From Thermodesulfobacteriota bacterium (GTDB taxonomy: Bacteria > Desulfobacterota_D > UBA1144 > Nemesobacterales > JAJCZQ01), in assembly GCA_965203965.1 (NCBI GenBank), contig CBDBDR010000017.1:736001-800000 (forward strand): a DNA stretch of 64,000 nucleotides. Reading direction: 5' to 3'. Shown here in pieces: positions 1 to 11,588 of the stretch (position 1 is its first letter; each line of letters begins with the position of its first letter). The notes below the pieces were generated by a model, which was given only the letters and a program-made list of their open reading frames with translations, made no database searches and was not told the origin of the DNA. The position numbers were made by a program, and so were the translations under genes.

Positions 1-301
1 GAAATATCTCAAGATCGGGTTCAATATAGAAAATTTTATCTAATTCATTTTCATCAAAAAAATTTTTTATATTGTTATAACCTTGCTTATCTTTTACTTT
101 TACATCACCATCTAATAAAAATACTAATTTCTGACCGTTGAAACGACGTTTATCAAAATCTTGTCCCATTTCTTCATTGTTTATTTGGGTATAACCATAT
201 AAAGTTTCAATTTTATACTCTTCTTGAATTTTCAGTTGTTCTTTCAAATAATAGTCTAAAAAGTGCCTATCTGTCTTTCCTTCCACCCAAAAACATATCA
301 T
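1..301 (-). CDS. TOPRIM-motif protein (DUF3226/DUF4435-like), partial, runs off the window edge
   Basis: Not in the ORF track. Manual translation from ATG at 301 gives MICFWVEGKTDRHFLDYYLK...KLVFLLDGDVK...IEPDLEIF with no stop before base 1. VEGxxD and DxD are TOPRIM signatures. Starts 1 nt after the ATPase stop. Confidence 0.75.
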   Translation of the reverse strand, partial: MICFWVEGKTDRHFLDYYLKEQLKIQEEYKIETLYGYTQINNEEMGQDFDKRRFNGQKLVFLLDGDVKVKDKQGYNNIKNFFDENELDKIFYIEPDLEIF

Positions 302-302
302 C

Positions 303-1349
303 TTAGTCTCTAACATCAGAGCTAGTTTTTCTAGTTGCCAAAAATTGTTCTGAGTTATAGGAAAAACATTTAACGGTATTATTTTTTCTAACTAATGAAT
401 GATGTATGTAATGTTTTGAAAAATTCTCATTATCTTGTATAAGATTAGCAACGGCTTTCAATACATCTTCACTATGTGTGGTTATAAATATTTGTTTTTT
501 CCTGCTGATAATTTCTTGAAACAAAACTTCTAAAATAGGCTTCATAATAGAGTAATGAAGACCATTCTCTATTTCGTCAACCAGCAATATTTTATAATCC
601 GGTGAGATTGATGATGACAGCAAAGGAATCGCTCTATTTATTCCACTTCCTAACAAATTCAAGGGGATTGATCCCTTAGCTCCTTCAAGAAAAATCTCAA
701 TAATATTTTCTGCTTGGAAAATATCTATTACTCTTTCATTAAATAAATCATTCAAAATTTTCAAAAATTTATCTTTATTCCCTGTTCTGATAATTTCTAA
801 AACTTCCTTAATGCTTAGGGCAAACGAATCAGAATTGACAATTTTTGACGGAATAATTTTATGAGCCCTGTTGCTCTCAGTTATAACAAAAGGTGACTGC
901 TGCTCTATGGTCAATCCCGGAACAGATAGTTGTGTTTTTTGAGGAGCGTATTTAATCTGGCTCTCACCCGATGATTTACCATTGTATTTGTATTCAATGC
1001 TCAAACCATTGATTCTTTTATCTTCTTCTAATATAGGAGAGTAACCTACATAAATACTATCAGTTTTAATAACCCCCTTAAATCTAATTTTTTTACTAAT
1101 ATCTAACTGAGAAAAAAGAAAAGATAGGTCTCTTGATTGATTGATCATCATTTGCCTAAACGGAAATATTCTCTCAACTAAAGCAGCAGTATTTGAACAA
1201 CCAGATAATAAAAAAACCCCTTCTAATAAAGTGGATTTACCACAATTATTTCTACCAGAGAAAGTATTAATAAGTCCCAAGTTGTCACATGTAAAATCTT
1301 TTAGAACTTTAAAATTATTTATAGATAAACTTTTGAACATGAGCGTCAT
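303..1349 (-). CDS. ABC-type ATPase (AAA_15/AAA_21-like), no membrane partner
   Basis: Walker A GRNNCGKS, signature-like LGSG, Walker B/D-loop ILLVDEIENGLH, H-loop FITTHS. Start may be ATG 1340. Confidence 0.85.
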   Translation of the reverse strand: MTLMFKSLSINNFKVLKDFTCDNLGLINTFSGRNNCGKSTLLEGVFLLSGCSNTAALVERIFPFRQMMINQSRDLSFLFSQLDISKKIRFKGVIKTDSIYVGYSPILEEDKRINGLSIEYKYNGKSSGESQIKYAPQKTQLSVPGLTIEQQSPFVITESNRAHKIIPSKIVNSDSFALSIKEVLEIIRTGNKDKFLKILNDLFNERVIDIFQAENIIEIFLEGAKGSIPLNLLGSGINRAIPLLSSSISPDYKILLVDEIENGLHYSIMKPILEVLFQEIISRKKQIFITTHSEDVLKAVANLIQDNENFSKHYIHHSLVRKNNTVKCFSYNSEQFLATRKTSSDVRD

Positions 1350-1419
1350 AGAACATTGTTATTCGGTTAATCGTATATCTGTGAGCACAAATTATGTCAA
1401 ATTTATTTTGTTAAAATAA

Positions 1420-2622
1420 CTACTCAACAATAACCTTTACAAATTCTCTTTTCCCGATCTTCATCTCTAATTTAGCTTTATCAGGAATGGGACTTTTTAT
1501 ATCCGAAATCCTTTCTCCATTTATCGTAAGTCCTCCCTGCGTGATCAATCTCCTAACTTCTGCCTTAGATTTTAATAGATTGGAAACCGCAAAAATAAGC
1601 TCTGTCAGAGAAGTAACCTCATTTTTTCGGACAGTTACAACTTTTGCATCATCCGGAAAAGACCTTTGCGAAAACTTTGTTTCAAAATCCAATTTAGCCT
1701 TATCTGCTTCAACGTCATTGTAAAGCCACTCTGTCAATTCGTATGCAAGTAACTTTTTAGACTCCATTGGATGCAAGTTTTTCAATCCCTCAATCTCATC
1801 TTCGCTCTTTGAGGTCAACAGGTAAAAATACCTCAATGTCAATTTATCCGGTATTGACATGACCTTCCCAAATATGTCTATTGGGTTCTCCTCAATACCT
1901 ATGTAGTTGCGAAAGGATTTTGACATTTTTTTAACTCCGTCAGTGCCCTCAAGAATAGGCAGGAAGAGGGCTATTTGAGGTTCCATGCCAAAGTATCTTT
2001 GAAAATCCCTGCCAAGCAATATGTTAAACGTTTGATCCGTTCCGCCAATTTCCACGTCAGCACGTATCTTTACCGAATCATAAGCCTGAATTAAAGGATA
2101 CATAAACTCTTTTAATGATATAGGCAAACCACCCTTATACCGTTTATTGAAATCATCTCTTCCCAGTAAGCTTGCAACGTTCACTTGCGAAGTAAGGTTA
2201 AGAAGCTGTTCAAAACTAATATTCTTCAACCAGGTTGAATTGAAAATTATCTCCGTCCTCTCCCTGTCAAGTATCTTAAAAACCTGCTTTTCATAAGTCT
2301 CTGCATTTTTAAGTATTTCCTTGCTATCAAGCAAAGGTCGGGTTTCCATCTTGCCGGTGGGATCACCTATCATCGCCGTAAAATCACCAATTAAAAACAG
2401 TACCTTGTGACCGAGATCCTGAAAATCTCTCAACTTTTTAAGCAACAAACAGTGACCAAGGTGTAGATCAGGAGCAGTCGGATCAAATCCAGCTTTAATT
2501 GTGAGCGGAGTATTTTTGCTCTTGGAATTTTTTAGCTTACTAAGGAGTTCTTCCTTAGATATAACCCCTTCGGTATCTCGCTCTATTATTTTCAGTTGCT
2601 CTTTGGGATCTGAGAAGCTCAT
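1420..2622 (-). CDS. tyrS: Tyrosyl-tRNA synthetase
   Basis: GFDPTAPDLHLGH (HIGH motif), KMSKS, C-terminal S4-like domain. Confidence 0.97.
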   Translation of the reverse strand: MSFSDPKEQLKIIERDTEGVISKEELLSKLKNSKSKNTPLTIKAGFDPTAPDLHLGHCLLLKKLRDFQDLGHKVLFLIGDFTAMIGDPTGKMETRPLLDSKEILKNAETYEKQVFKILDRERTEIIFNSTWLKNISFEQLLNLTSQVNVASLLGRDDFNKRYKGGLPISLKEFMYPLIQAYDSVKIRADVEIGGTDQTFNILLGRDFQRYFGMEPQIALFLPILEGTDGVKKMSKSFRNYIGIEENPIDIFGKVMSIPDKLTLRYFYLLTSKSEDEIEGLKNLHPMESKKLLAYELTEWLYNDVEADKAKLDFETKFSQRSFPDDAKVVTVRKNEVTSLTELIFAVSNLLKSKAEVRRLITQGGLTINGERISDIKSPIPDKAKLEMKIGKREFVKVIVE

Positions 2623-2691
2623 TATTTCCTAATTGCCCTATTCAAAACACTTACTATGCAACTCTCACAAAAACGAGATCAAAAACTACAT

Positions 2692-4176
2692 TCAAGGTAA
2701 ACTGGTAGAACCCATAAGGTAACGATCACATTCTCTGGCTGCTTCTCTTCCTTCATTTATAGCCCAAACTACAAGACTTTGTCCACGCCTCGAATCACCT
2801 GCTGCAAAAACACCTTCTATATTGGTGGTATATTTACCATATTCAGCCTTTACATTGGTTTTTTCATCCGTTGCAATTCCAAGTTGATATAAAAACTCTT
2901 GTTCCGGTCCCAGGAAACCAAGTGCAAGAAGTACAATCTGGGCGTTCCATATTTTCTCTGTGTTTGGCACTTCATGAAATGTCATCTTTCCATTTTCGCC
3001 TTTCTTCCATTCAATTTGCACCGTGTGTAACTCTTTCACGTTTTTTTTATCATCACCCACAAACTTTTTTGTCATTACCTGATATTTTCTAGGATCCTCG
3101 CCAAAGATCGCGGCTGCCTCTTCCTGCCCATAGCCTAAGGAATAGACCCTTGGCCATTCAGGCCAAGGATTACCATCAACCCTTTTCAAAGGAGGTTTGG
3201 AAAGAATTTCAAATTGGACCAGGCTCCTACATTCATGCCTGATGCAGGTAGCAACACAGTCTGTCCCAGTATCCCCACCTCCAAGCACTATCACATCTTT
3301 ATCTTTTGCAGAGATATAATTTTCATCCTCAAGATTGCTATCTAACAAGCTTTTCGTGTTTCCTCTCAAAAACTCCATGGCAAAATATATTCCGTTCGAT
3401 TCCCTGCCCTCAATCGGTAGATCCCTGGGTTTTGTAGCCCCCGTGCATACAACAACGGCATCGTTTTGAGCAACAATTTCCTTACCACTTATATCTATCC
3501 CTACCTCAACTTTTGTTACAAAATTAATCCCCTCTTTTGCCAGAATATTTACTCTTCTCTGAACAACCTGTTTATCCAGGTGAGGATTTGGAATTCCATA
3601 AGTAAGCAATCCCCCAACCCTGTCGTCTCTTTCATAGACGGTTACTGTGTGTCCCGCTTTATTAAGTTGTGCAGCACAGGAAAGCCCTGCTGGACCCGAA
3701 CCTACAACAGCAACTCTCTTTCCCGTTCTATGCTCAGGAGGTTCTGGCTTTATCCAACCTTCCTCAAAACCTTTATCTACAATTGCACACTCTATTGACT
3801 TAATGGTTACAGGAGGCTCGTTTATTCCAAGCACGCATGAGCCTTCACAAGGAGCGGGACAGACGCGTCCAGTGAACTCCGGAAAATTGTTTGTTTTGTG
3901 TAGCCTGTCAAGAGCTTCTCTCCACAACCCTCTATATACAAGGTCGTTCCACTCGGGAATAAGATTATTTACTGGACAACCTACAGCCATACCACCAATT
4001 AGCTTGCCTGTTTGACAAAACGGCACACCACAATCCATACATCTGGCTCCCTGCGTTTTTAATTTATTCTCAGGAAGGTGTTTATGAAATTCATTCCAAT
4101 CTTTTATTCTCTCTTTAGGATCTCTATCGGAACCAAGTGTACGAGTATAAGTCATAAAACCTGTAGGATCACCCAT
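2692..4176 (-). CDS. gltD: Glutamate synthase small subunit
   Basis: [39 protein letters not shown]; adjacent to gltB. Confidence 0.97.
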   Translation of the reverse strand: MGDPTGFMTYTRTLGSDRDPKERIKDWNEFHKHLPENKLKTQGARCMDCGVPFCQTGKLIGGMAVGCPVNNLIPEWNDLVYRGLWREALDRLHKTNNFPEFTGRVCPAPCEGSCVLGINEPPVTIKSIECAIVDKGFEEGWIKPEPPEHRTGKRVAVVGSGPAGLSCAAQLNKAGHTVTVYERDDRVGGLLTYGIPNPHLDKQVVQRRVNILAKEGINFVTKVEVGIDISGKEIVAQNDAVVVCTGATKPRDLPIEGRESNGIYFAMEFLRGNTKSLLDSNLEDENYISAKDKDVIVLGGGDTGTDCVATCIRHECRSLVQFEILSKPPLKRVDGNPWPEWPRVYSLGYGQEEAAAIFGEDPRKYQVMTKKFVGDDKKNVKELHTVQIEWKKGENGKMTFHEVPNTEKIWNAQIVLLALGFLGPEQEFLYQLGIATDEKTNVKAEYGKYTTNIEGVFAAGDSRRGQSLVVWAINEGREAARECDRYLMGSTSLP

Positions 4177-4202
4177 TCAATTTCCTCCAAGAAGGAATCA
4201 AG

Positions 4203-7200
4203 TCAATTTCCACTTACTCTGGCAAGGTCGCTCTTATTTGCTTCAAAAGCAGCCATCATTGCTTCATCACCGCTAAGCCCACTTTCTTCCACTTGCCTAA
4301 TATTTTGAAGCATACGTTTATAGTCGTTTGGCATAACTTTTCTAAACTTTTTGGCACTCTCTGCCCAATTATCAAGAATATATTTTGCCACATTGCTGTT
4401 TGTGTAATCAAGATGTTTTTTTATAGTCGTATTTAATAAATTCAAATCTTCATCTTCAATGGAATCAATGGAAATCATGCCCAAATTACATCGCTCACTA
4501 AAATCCCCTTTTTCATCGTATAAATAGGCAACACCACCAGACATTCCCGCGCCGAAATTTCTACCCACTGGACCAAGCACCACCACACACCCACCCGTCA
4601 TGTATTCACAACCATGATCCCCCACCGATTCAACTACTGCATGAACACCGCTGTTCCTCACACAAAACCTTTCACCTGCCATTCCCCTAATATATGCCTC
4701 CCCACCGGTCGCACCGTAAAAGGCAACGTTACCAACTATAATATTTTTCTCAGGTTGAAATGTGGCTTTTTCAGGTGGATACACAATAATCTTTCCTCCG
4801 GATAAACCCTTTCCAATATAGTCATTTGAATCACCTTCAAGAAATAATGTCATACTCTTGGGAACAAATGCTCCGAAACTCTGCCCTGCGGAACCGTAAA
4901 AGCGAAGTTTAATAGTGTTCTCCGACAAACCATTAAGTCCATACTTCCTTGTTAGCTCACTTCCTACAATTGTGCCAACTGTTCTGTTAATATTTCTTAT
5001 AGGTATAGGCGCCCTGATGTCAACCAACTCGCCATTCTCAATAGCAGGCTTACATATATCCATCAAAACCGTCTCATCCAATGACCTATCTATTCCATGA
5101 TCCTGACTTATCTGACAAAAGGCTCCCCAGCTGCTGGGCACATCGGGCTTTTTGAAGACACTCGACAGTTTAAGTCCTTTGGCTTTCCAATGATCAACCG
5201 CTTTTTTAGTTTTTAACCTGTCCATTTGCCCTATCATTTCATTAACGTTCCTGAAACCCAAAGTTGCCATTATCTCCCTCAACTCCTGTGCAACAAATTT
5301 GAGATAATTCACTACGTGAGACGGGTTACCTGTAAATTTTTTACGAAGTTCAGGATTCTGCGTTGCAACACCTACTGGACAAGTATCAAGATGGCAAACT
5401 CTCATCATTATACAACCGAGCACGATCAATGGAGCCGTTGAAAAACCATATTCTTCCGCACCAAGCAAAGCAGCAATTGCAACATCCCTTCCAGTTTTCA
5501 GCTGCCCGTCCGTTTCAAGAACAACCCTGCTTCTTAAATTGTTCAACAGTAACGTTTGGTGAGTTTCTACTATTCCCAACTCCCAGGGGAGACCAGCATG
5601 CTGAATACTGCTCTGGGGAGACGCCCCAGTCCCGCCTGAAGTGCCACTTATAAGAATCACGTCCGCGTGTCCCTTTGCTACTCCTGCTGCAATTGTTCCC
5701 ACACCGACTTCAGATACTAACTTCACATTGATTCTTGCATATTTGTTTGCATTTTTCAGGTCGTATATAAGCTCGGCGAGATCTTCTATGGAATATATGT
5801 CATGGTGAGGCGGAGGGGAGATCAAACCAACACCGGGAGTTGATAACCTGACTTTCGCTATCCATGGATATACCTTCCTCCCCGGCAGTTGACCACCTTC
5901 GCCTGGTTTGGCTCCCTGGGCGATTTTGATCTGTATCTCATCGGAATTGACCAAATATTCACTGGTCACTCCAAATCTGCCAGATGCAACCTGCTTAATT
6001 GCACTTCTCCTTAAATCACCGTTCTCATCAACGGTATAACGGTCTGTATCCTCACCACCTTCACCTGTATTGCTCTTACCACCAATACGGTTCATTGCAA
6101 TAGCCAGACTTTCATGCGATTCTTTGCCGATGGCACCGTAGGACATAGCCCCGGTCTTAAATCTTCTGCATATAGATTCAATGGGTTCAACCTCTTCAAT
6201 TGGTATAGGCTCATTGTTATAATAAAAATCTAACAACCCTCGTAAGGTGAAATGCTCCCTGTCCTCATTATTTGACAACTCCGAAAATTCTTTATACATC
6301 TCGTAGTTGTTTGCTCTGGCTGCATACTGAAGCTTATGCACCGTCTGCGGATTCCACATATGCCTTTCACCGTGTGGACGCCACTGGTACACACCCCCTT
6401 CATCAAGTGTGTCTTCATCAACCTCACGGTCAGGATATGCCTGTTCAAATCTTTTAAGCGACTCCATCGCTATTACATCTATACCGGCTCCCTCAATCCT
6501 AGAAGGTGTCCACGTGAAATATTTATCAACAAACTCACTATTAAGTCCCAATGCTTCAAAAATCTGGGCGCCATGATAACTCTGCACGGTAGAAATTCCC
6601 ATTTTTGACATTATTTTGACAATTCCCTTCACAATGCTCGTTATATAGTTTGAAACTGCCTTATCAGGCAAAATATCGGTGAGCATACCCTGATCAACCA
6701 TATTTCTTATTGTATCGTATGCAAGGTAAGGATTGACCGCGCTCGCACCATAGCCTATCAACAGTGCAAAATGATGCACTTCTCTCGGCTCTGCCGACTC
6801 AAGTACTAAACCAACTTTCATTCTGTTACCATTTTTGATCAAGTGATGATGAAGACCGGACACTGCAAGCAGTGCGGGTATTGGGGCTTTCTTGTCGCTA
6901 AATACACGGTCGGAAAGGATTACAATATTGATCCCAGATGATATTGCGGCGTCAACGTCTTCAAAAAGCATATCAAGAGCTTCCACCAATCCATTGCTAC
7001 CCTTGTGGGGATTAAAATGAATTGCAAAAACTTGAGATCTAAACCCATCTTCGCTTACTTCTTTTAGTTTATTAAGATCACCGTTTGTCAAAATTGGAGA
7101 GTCCATCTCTATCTTTCTACAATGTTCAAGGGTCGGTGATAAAAGATTTTTGACCGGTCCAACCGTTACTTTTGTATCCGTTATAAGTTCTTCCCTTATT

Positions 7201-8801
7201 GAATCAATTGCGGGATTAGTTACCTGTGCAAAAAGTTGTTTGAAATAGTTATAAAGAAGTTTGGGGTTATCCGATAAAACTGCTATCGGAGTGTCAACAC
7301 CCATCGCCCCAACTGGTTCAACTGAATTTTTAGCCATTGGGCCGATTATGATTCTCAGATCCTCAAACGTGTATCCAAACAACCTCTGAGCAGATAAAAG
7401 CTCTTTTCCATCAGTTACGGCATATTCTTTATGAGGCTGCTTTATTTGGTTAATGTGCAGTAAATTGCTCTCAATCCATTTATCATAGGGGTTTTCATTT
7501 GATAGCTTTTTTTTCAGCTCCTCATCACCAACAATCCTTCCTTCTTTTGTATCGATCAGGAGCATTCTGCCCGGCTGAAGTCGTCCTTTATACTCTATAT
7601 TCTCAGGTGGTATATCCAATACACCCACCTCGGAAGCAAGAACCAACAGATCGTCTTTTGTAACGTAATATCTGGAAGGTCTAAGCCCTTGTCTGTCCAA
7701 AACTGCACCCACTTTTTCACCATCGGTAAAACCAATTGACGCGGGACCATCCCACGGTTCCATTAAACAACTGTGATAATTATAAAACGCTTTCTTATTT
7801 TCAGACATGCTCTCATGCTTGGACCAAGGCTCCGGGATCATCATCATTACCGCGTGTTCTATTGAATAACCCGACAGAGACAAAAATTCCAGTGCGTTGT
7901 CAAACGCGGCAGAGTCACTCCCACCGGGCACTATGATGGGAAAGATCTTCTTTAGATCGTCCCCGTAAAGGTCTGATTCAAGCAGAGATTGTCTTGAGTG
8001 CATCCAGTTTATATTTCCTCTTAACGTATTGATCTCACCATTATGAATAACGTAATGATAAGGGTGAGATCTGTCCCAACTTGGAAACGTGTTAGTACTG
8101 AATCGTGAATGCACAAGTGCAATGGCCGTATCCATATATTCATCATTAAGGTCGGGATAATACCGGTCAAGCTGCCAAGTGGATAGCATCCCCTTATATA
8201 CGGTCGTTTTGTATGACAGGCTAACAATATAAAAGGAGTCACCGCCACGCACGTCTGAAAACCTGATTTCATTCTCCGCAAGTTTACAGATAACGTATAG
8301 CTTTCTCTCAAAACTCATCCCGGGTTGGGTATTGTTTCCTCTTTTGATAAAAACCTGTTTAACTTTTGGCTCACATGATAATGCAGTTTCACCCAATGAA
8401 GAGTTGTCCGTAGGGACATCTCTCCACCCTAAAATTTCCTGTCCCTCTTTTTTTGCTATCTTTTCAAACATATTCATCGCCAGATCGGCTTCTTTCTTAA
8501 CAGGAGACATAAAGATCATTCCAACACCATAATCATCATAATTCGGCAGATCTGATCTGAAATTTTTTAGAAAGAAATTGTGTGGTTTTTGCATCAGCAT
8601 CCCGGCACCATCACCAGTATTAGGCTCACAACCACAAGCACCTCTGTGCTCCAAATTCTTCAGAATTTCTATCGCCTGCTCAACTATCCTTTTTGACCTT
8701 ACACCCTTGATGTTAACAATAAATCCAATCCCGCACGAATCATGCTCAAAATTTGGGTCATACAGTCCTTGTTGAGATGGAAATCCAAAACTTTTCATCA
8801 A
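4203..8801 (-). CDS. gltB: Glutamate synthase large subunit
   Basis: [55 protein letters not shown]. Confidence 0.98.
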   Translation of the reverse strand: MMKSFGFPSQQGLYDPNFEHDSCGIGFIVNIKGVRSKRIVEQAIEILKNLEHRGACGCEPNTGDGAGMLMQKPHNFFLKNFRSDLPNYDDYGVGMIFMSPVKKEADLAMNMFEKIAKKEGQEILGWRDVPTDNSSLGETALSCEPKVKQVFIKRGNNTQPGMSFERKLYVICKLAENEIRFSDVRGGDSFYIVSLSYKTTVYKGMLSTWQLDRYYPDLNDEYMDTAIALVHSRFSTNTFPSWDRSHPYHYVIHNGEINTLRGNINWMHSRQSLLESDLYGDDLKKIFPIIVPGGSDSAAFDNALEFLSLSGYSIEHAVMMMIPEPWSKHESMSENKKAFYNYHSCLMEPWDGPASIGFTDGEKVGAVLDRQGLRPSRYYVTKDDLLVLASEVGVLDIPPENIEYKGRLQPGRMLLIDTKEGRIVGDEELKKKLSNENPYDKWIESNLLHINQIKQPHKEYAVTDGKELLSAQRLFGYTFEDLRIIIGPMAKNSVEPVGAMGVDTPIAVLSDNPKLLYNYFKQLFAQVTNPAIDSIREELITDTKVTVGPVKNLLSPTLEHCRKIEMDSPILTNGDLNKLKEVSEDGFRSQVFAIHFNPHKGSNGLVEALDMLFEDVDAAISSGINIVILSDRVFSDKKAPIPALLAVSGLHHHLIKNGNRMKVGLVLESAEPREVHHFALLIGYGASAVNPYLAYDTIRNMVDQGMLTDILPDKAVSNYITSIVKGIVKIMSKMGISTVQSYHGAQIFEALGLNSEFVDKYFTWTPSRIEGAGIDVIAMESLKRFEQAYPDREVDEDTLDEGGVYQWRPHGERHMWNPQTVHKLQYAARANNYEMYKEFSELSNNEDREHFTLRGLLDFYYNNEPIPIEEVEPIESICRRFKTGAMSYGAIGKESHESLAIAMNRIGGKSNTGEGGEDTDRYTVDENGDLRRSAIKQVASGRFGVTSEYLVNSDEIQIKIAQGAKPGEGGQLPGRKVYPWIAKVRLSTPGVGLISPPPHHDIYSIEDLAELIYDLKNANKYARINVKLVSEVGVGTIAAGVAKGHADVILISGTSGGTGASPQSSIQHAGLPWELGIVETHQTLLLNNLRSRVVLETDGQLKTGRDVAIAALLGAEEYGFSTAPLIVLGCIMMRVCHLDTCPVGVATQNPELRKKFTGNPSHVVNYLKFVAQELREIMATLGFRNVNEMIGQMDRLKTKKAVDHWKAKGLKLSSVFKKPDVPSSWGAFCQISQDHGIDRSLDETVLMDICKPAIENGELVDIRAPIPIRNINRTVGTIVGSELTRKYGLNGLSENTIKLRFYGSAGQSFGAFVPKSMTLFLEGDSNDYIGKGLSGGKIIVYPPEKATFQPEKNIIVGNVAFYGATGGEAYIRGMAGERFCVRNSGVHAVVESVGDHGCEYMTGGCVVVLGPVGRNFGAGMSGGVAYLYDEKGDFSERCNLGMISIDSIEDEDLNLLNTTIKKHLDYTNSNVAKYILDNWAESAKKFRKVMPNDYKRMLQNIRQVEESGLSGDEAMMAAFEANKSDLARVSGN

Positions 8802-8949
8802 ACACCTTATAAACTAATCTATTTGAATTTAATTGTGTTTACTAAAATAAAACTCAAAACAGAAACACCATTATAACATACAAACCCTTTACAGATGAAA
8901 CTTTTGCGAAGATGTGGAATCAAAATTCTTTTCTTTCATCCAACAAAAA

Positions 8950-10644
8950 CTACTTATATCCTGAAGTTATAGGCATTCTGCGGTCTTTCCCAAAAGCCCT
9001 GCTAGTTATCTTAATTCCTGGAGGACTTTGCCTACGCTTGTATTCATTCTGATACACCATTTTCACCACCCGTTCAACCGTTATTTCGTCTTCCCCTTTG
9101 TCTATTATTTCTCTTATGCTCAGATCATCTTCTATACAGTATTTTAATATCCTGTCCAACTCCTCATACGGGGGTAGAAAATCCGTATCTTTTTGATCTG
9201 GTCTCAACTCCGCGGAAGGCTGTTTTTCAATTACTGAGATCGGGATTACATTATATTTTTGGATCGTATTGTAAAACTTTGCCAACTTATAAACAAATGT
9301 CTTTGGCACGTCTTTTATAACTGCAAATCCACCTGCCATGTCACCGTAAAGCGTTGAATAACCAACGCTCATCTCGCTCTTATTACCTGTGGTTAAAACC
9401 ATGTAGCCGAACTTATTTGAGAAAGCCATTAAGATGTTCCCTCTTATCCTTGCCTGAATGTTTTCTTCGGCTTCATTTTGAGGCTTATCTCTAAAATGAG
9501 GATTGAGACTTTTGAGATATGAGCTGAATATATCCTGAATAGGCACAGTTTTTGTTTTAATCCCAAGATTTTCGGCCAGAGCAAGAGAGTCCTCCACACT
9601 TCCCTTTGAACTGTATTCAGAGGGCATCAAAATTCCAAGAACATTACCCGCACCAATAGACTCCTTAGCAATAACCGCAACAAGAGAGGAATCTATACCC
9701 CCACTGAGCCCTATGACAACTTTTTTGAAACCGTTTTTTATAACATAATCCCGTGTCCCAAGCACAAGCGCATTAAAAATTTCCTCCTCTTCAATCTTAA
9801 ATTCTACTTTTTTGGGTAAAACGGCTTTTTTCATCTTCCTCCTTCGTGAAGCAAGTTTTATAGACCTTATCTCCTTACCGCTCACTAACCTTTTCTCATC
9901 GTTCAAAACACCCGTTATATCAATGTCAGACACCAAAAGGTCTTCCTGAAACTGTGGGGCACGAGAAATGACCTCCCCATTTTGACTTATCACACAACTA
10001 TCTCCATCAAACACTAACTCATCCTGTCCACCGACAAGATTGCAGAATGCAATGCAACAACCATTATCCACGGCTCTTCTGATCAACATTTTTTCTCTTA
10101 ACTCGGGCTTGTTCAAATGATAGGGAGACGAAGACAGGTTAATTATCAGTTGTGCTTTACCAACTTTTACCTGCTTTTTCGTCGGATTACCTACATACCA
10201 TACATCCTCACAGATATTCACACCAAATATCAAACTGCCAAGTCTGTAAACACTGACTGAATTTCCGGCACGGAAATACCTGTTTTCATCAAAAACCCCA
10301 TAGTTAGGAAGGCGTGATTTTCTATATATGTCTGCAATTTTAGCGTCCTGAATTATCGCAGCCGAATTATAAATATTGTCATCAGACTCAACAAAACCGA
10401 CGATCGTAATAATTGACCTTGAAGCACGTCTGACATTATCAAGTGCATTCAGGTTATCTTTGACAAAACCCCGTCTTAACAATAAATCTTCCGGGGGATA
10501 ACCCGTTATAGCCATTTCGGGTAAAACAACAATATCTGCGTCAAGATCAGCAGCTTTTTTTATAAACCCTACTATGTTCTTTGTGTTTCCCTTTATATCA
10601 CCCACACGGCAGTTGATCTGTGCTAAAGCTATTCTTACAGACAT
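8950..10644 (-). CDS. nadE: Glutamine-dependent NAD+ synthetase
   Basis: N-terminal nitrilase domain (PEMAITGYPPED, ICEDVW) plus SGGIDS, ENIQARIRG, PSAELRPDQKD. Confidence 0.95.
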   Translation of the reverse strand: MSVRIALAQINCRVGDIKGNTKNIVGFIKKAADLDADIVVLPEMAITGYPPEDLLLRRGFVKDNLNALDNVRRASRSIITIVGFVESDDNIYNSAAIIQDAKIADIYRKSRLPNYGVFDENRYFRAGNSVSVYRLGSLIFGVNICEDVWYVGNPTKKQVKVGKAQLIINLSSSPYHLNKPELREKMLIRRAVDNGCCIAFCNLVGGQDELVFDGDSCVISQNGEVISRAPQFQEDLLVSDIDITGVLNDEKRLVSGKEIRSIKLASRRRKMKKAVLPKKVEFKIEEEEIFNALVLGTRDYVIKNGFKKVVIGLSGGIDSSLVAVIAKESIGAGNVLGILMPSEYSSKGSVEDSLALAENLGIKTKTVPIQDIFSSYLKSLNPHFRDKPQNEAEENIQARIRGNILMAFSNKFGYMVLTTGNKSEMSVGYSTLYGDMAGGFAVIKDVPKTFVYKLAKFYNTIQKYNVIPISVIEKQPSAELRPDQKDTDFLPPYEELDRILKYCIEDDLSIREIIDKGEDEITVERVVKMVYQNEYKRRQSPPGIKITSRAFGKDRRMPITSGYK

Positions 10645-10651
10645 TGAAAAA

Positions 10652-10657
10652 ATTATA
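10652..10657 (-). promoter_or_regulatory. -10 hexamer TATAAT 7 nt before the nadE ATG (possible leaderless transcript)
   Basis: Minus strand reads TATAAT-7 nt-ATG; no Shine-Dalgarno; -35 weak. Confidence 0.45.
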
Positions 10658-10872
10658 CACGGGTAACCGCAGGTCTTGCATTATAAACATTCACTGGAAA
10701 ATAAAAAACCACATTTACTAATAATAATTTTAAGACAAAGTGAAGCAATAATTCGTAATAAAACAAGGGGAATTATAACCCACTCTTTATACATTTGACT
10801 CTATCATAGACCAAGGTGTCTCTTTGTAATTAAGCATTATTACCAATACTGATTAAAACTTCCCAAACGTTT

Positions 10873-11310
10873 TTAATAAACGTTTTCAGATTTATCTGAT
10901 TTACATACTTCCCTTATACTGTCTTTAACCAACTTGCCGTCTTCCCATACTCTTTCTCTCACTTTATGACAATTCGTTTTCCTGTCAATACCTTGTGGTG
11001 AAGCTTCAATCCTCCTATAGCCATCCTCACTTTGATAGGCAACTGTCCTACCCTCTCTTACTGCCTCACGTGACGCCTGCGTAGAGACATCTGCAATTGT
11101 GCCCCCAAAAACCGCTCCTAGTGCACTACCTATAGCTGCACCTCTCCAGCGATTTTCTTCATCCAGCAATGCTCCCGCGGCTGCACCCACTGCTGCACCC
11201 ACACCTGCACCCTGACCCACATACTTGGTGCATGATGAAAACAAAAGTAAATAACCTGCTAACAAAACAACAAACACATTCAAATTTACGGCTTTTGACC
11301 TGCCTACCAT
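10873..11310 (-). CDS. Glycine-zipper lipoprotein
   Basis: Lipobox FSSC, GAGVGAAVGAAAGA and GAAIGSALGAVFGG zipper, SD GGAGG. Confidence 0.8.
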   Translation of the reverse strand: MVGRSKAVNLNVFVVLLAGYLLLFSSCTKYVGQGAGVGAAVGAAAGALLDEENRWRGAAIGSALGAVFGGTIADVSTQASREAVREGRTVAYQSEDGYRRIEASPQGIDRKTNCHKVRERVWEDGKLVKDSIREVCKSDKSENVY

Positions 11311-11588
11311 TATAGCCTCCTACTAAAATTATTTCTTAAACCAAAGTTTATTTAAAATTCATCTTCAAGACAAGGTTGTAAAAATCATCAATCTTCTGAT
11401 AGAAGCATGATCACTGCGATTAATGCTTTCCCTCCCTCGAGTGATACAGTAATAGTAAGTAAAACCTGCCCGTTTTTGCTCCTGTATCCCACCATCAAAT
11501 TAAAAGTGCAAACGATAACGTTTTTTCGGGAAAAACTATATATAATAGTAACAGAAGTCAATTCACCATAGATGTTTGAGAAACAAAC

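Noticed and set aside
4203..8801. GltB motif variants ([20 protein letters not shown]) as a sign of inactivation
   Set aside because: The catalytic Cys, [12 protein letters not shown] and Fe-S cysteines are intact and the frame is full length.
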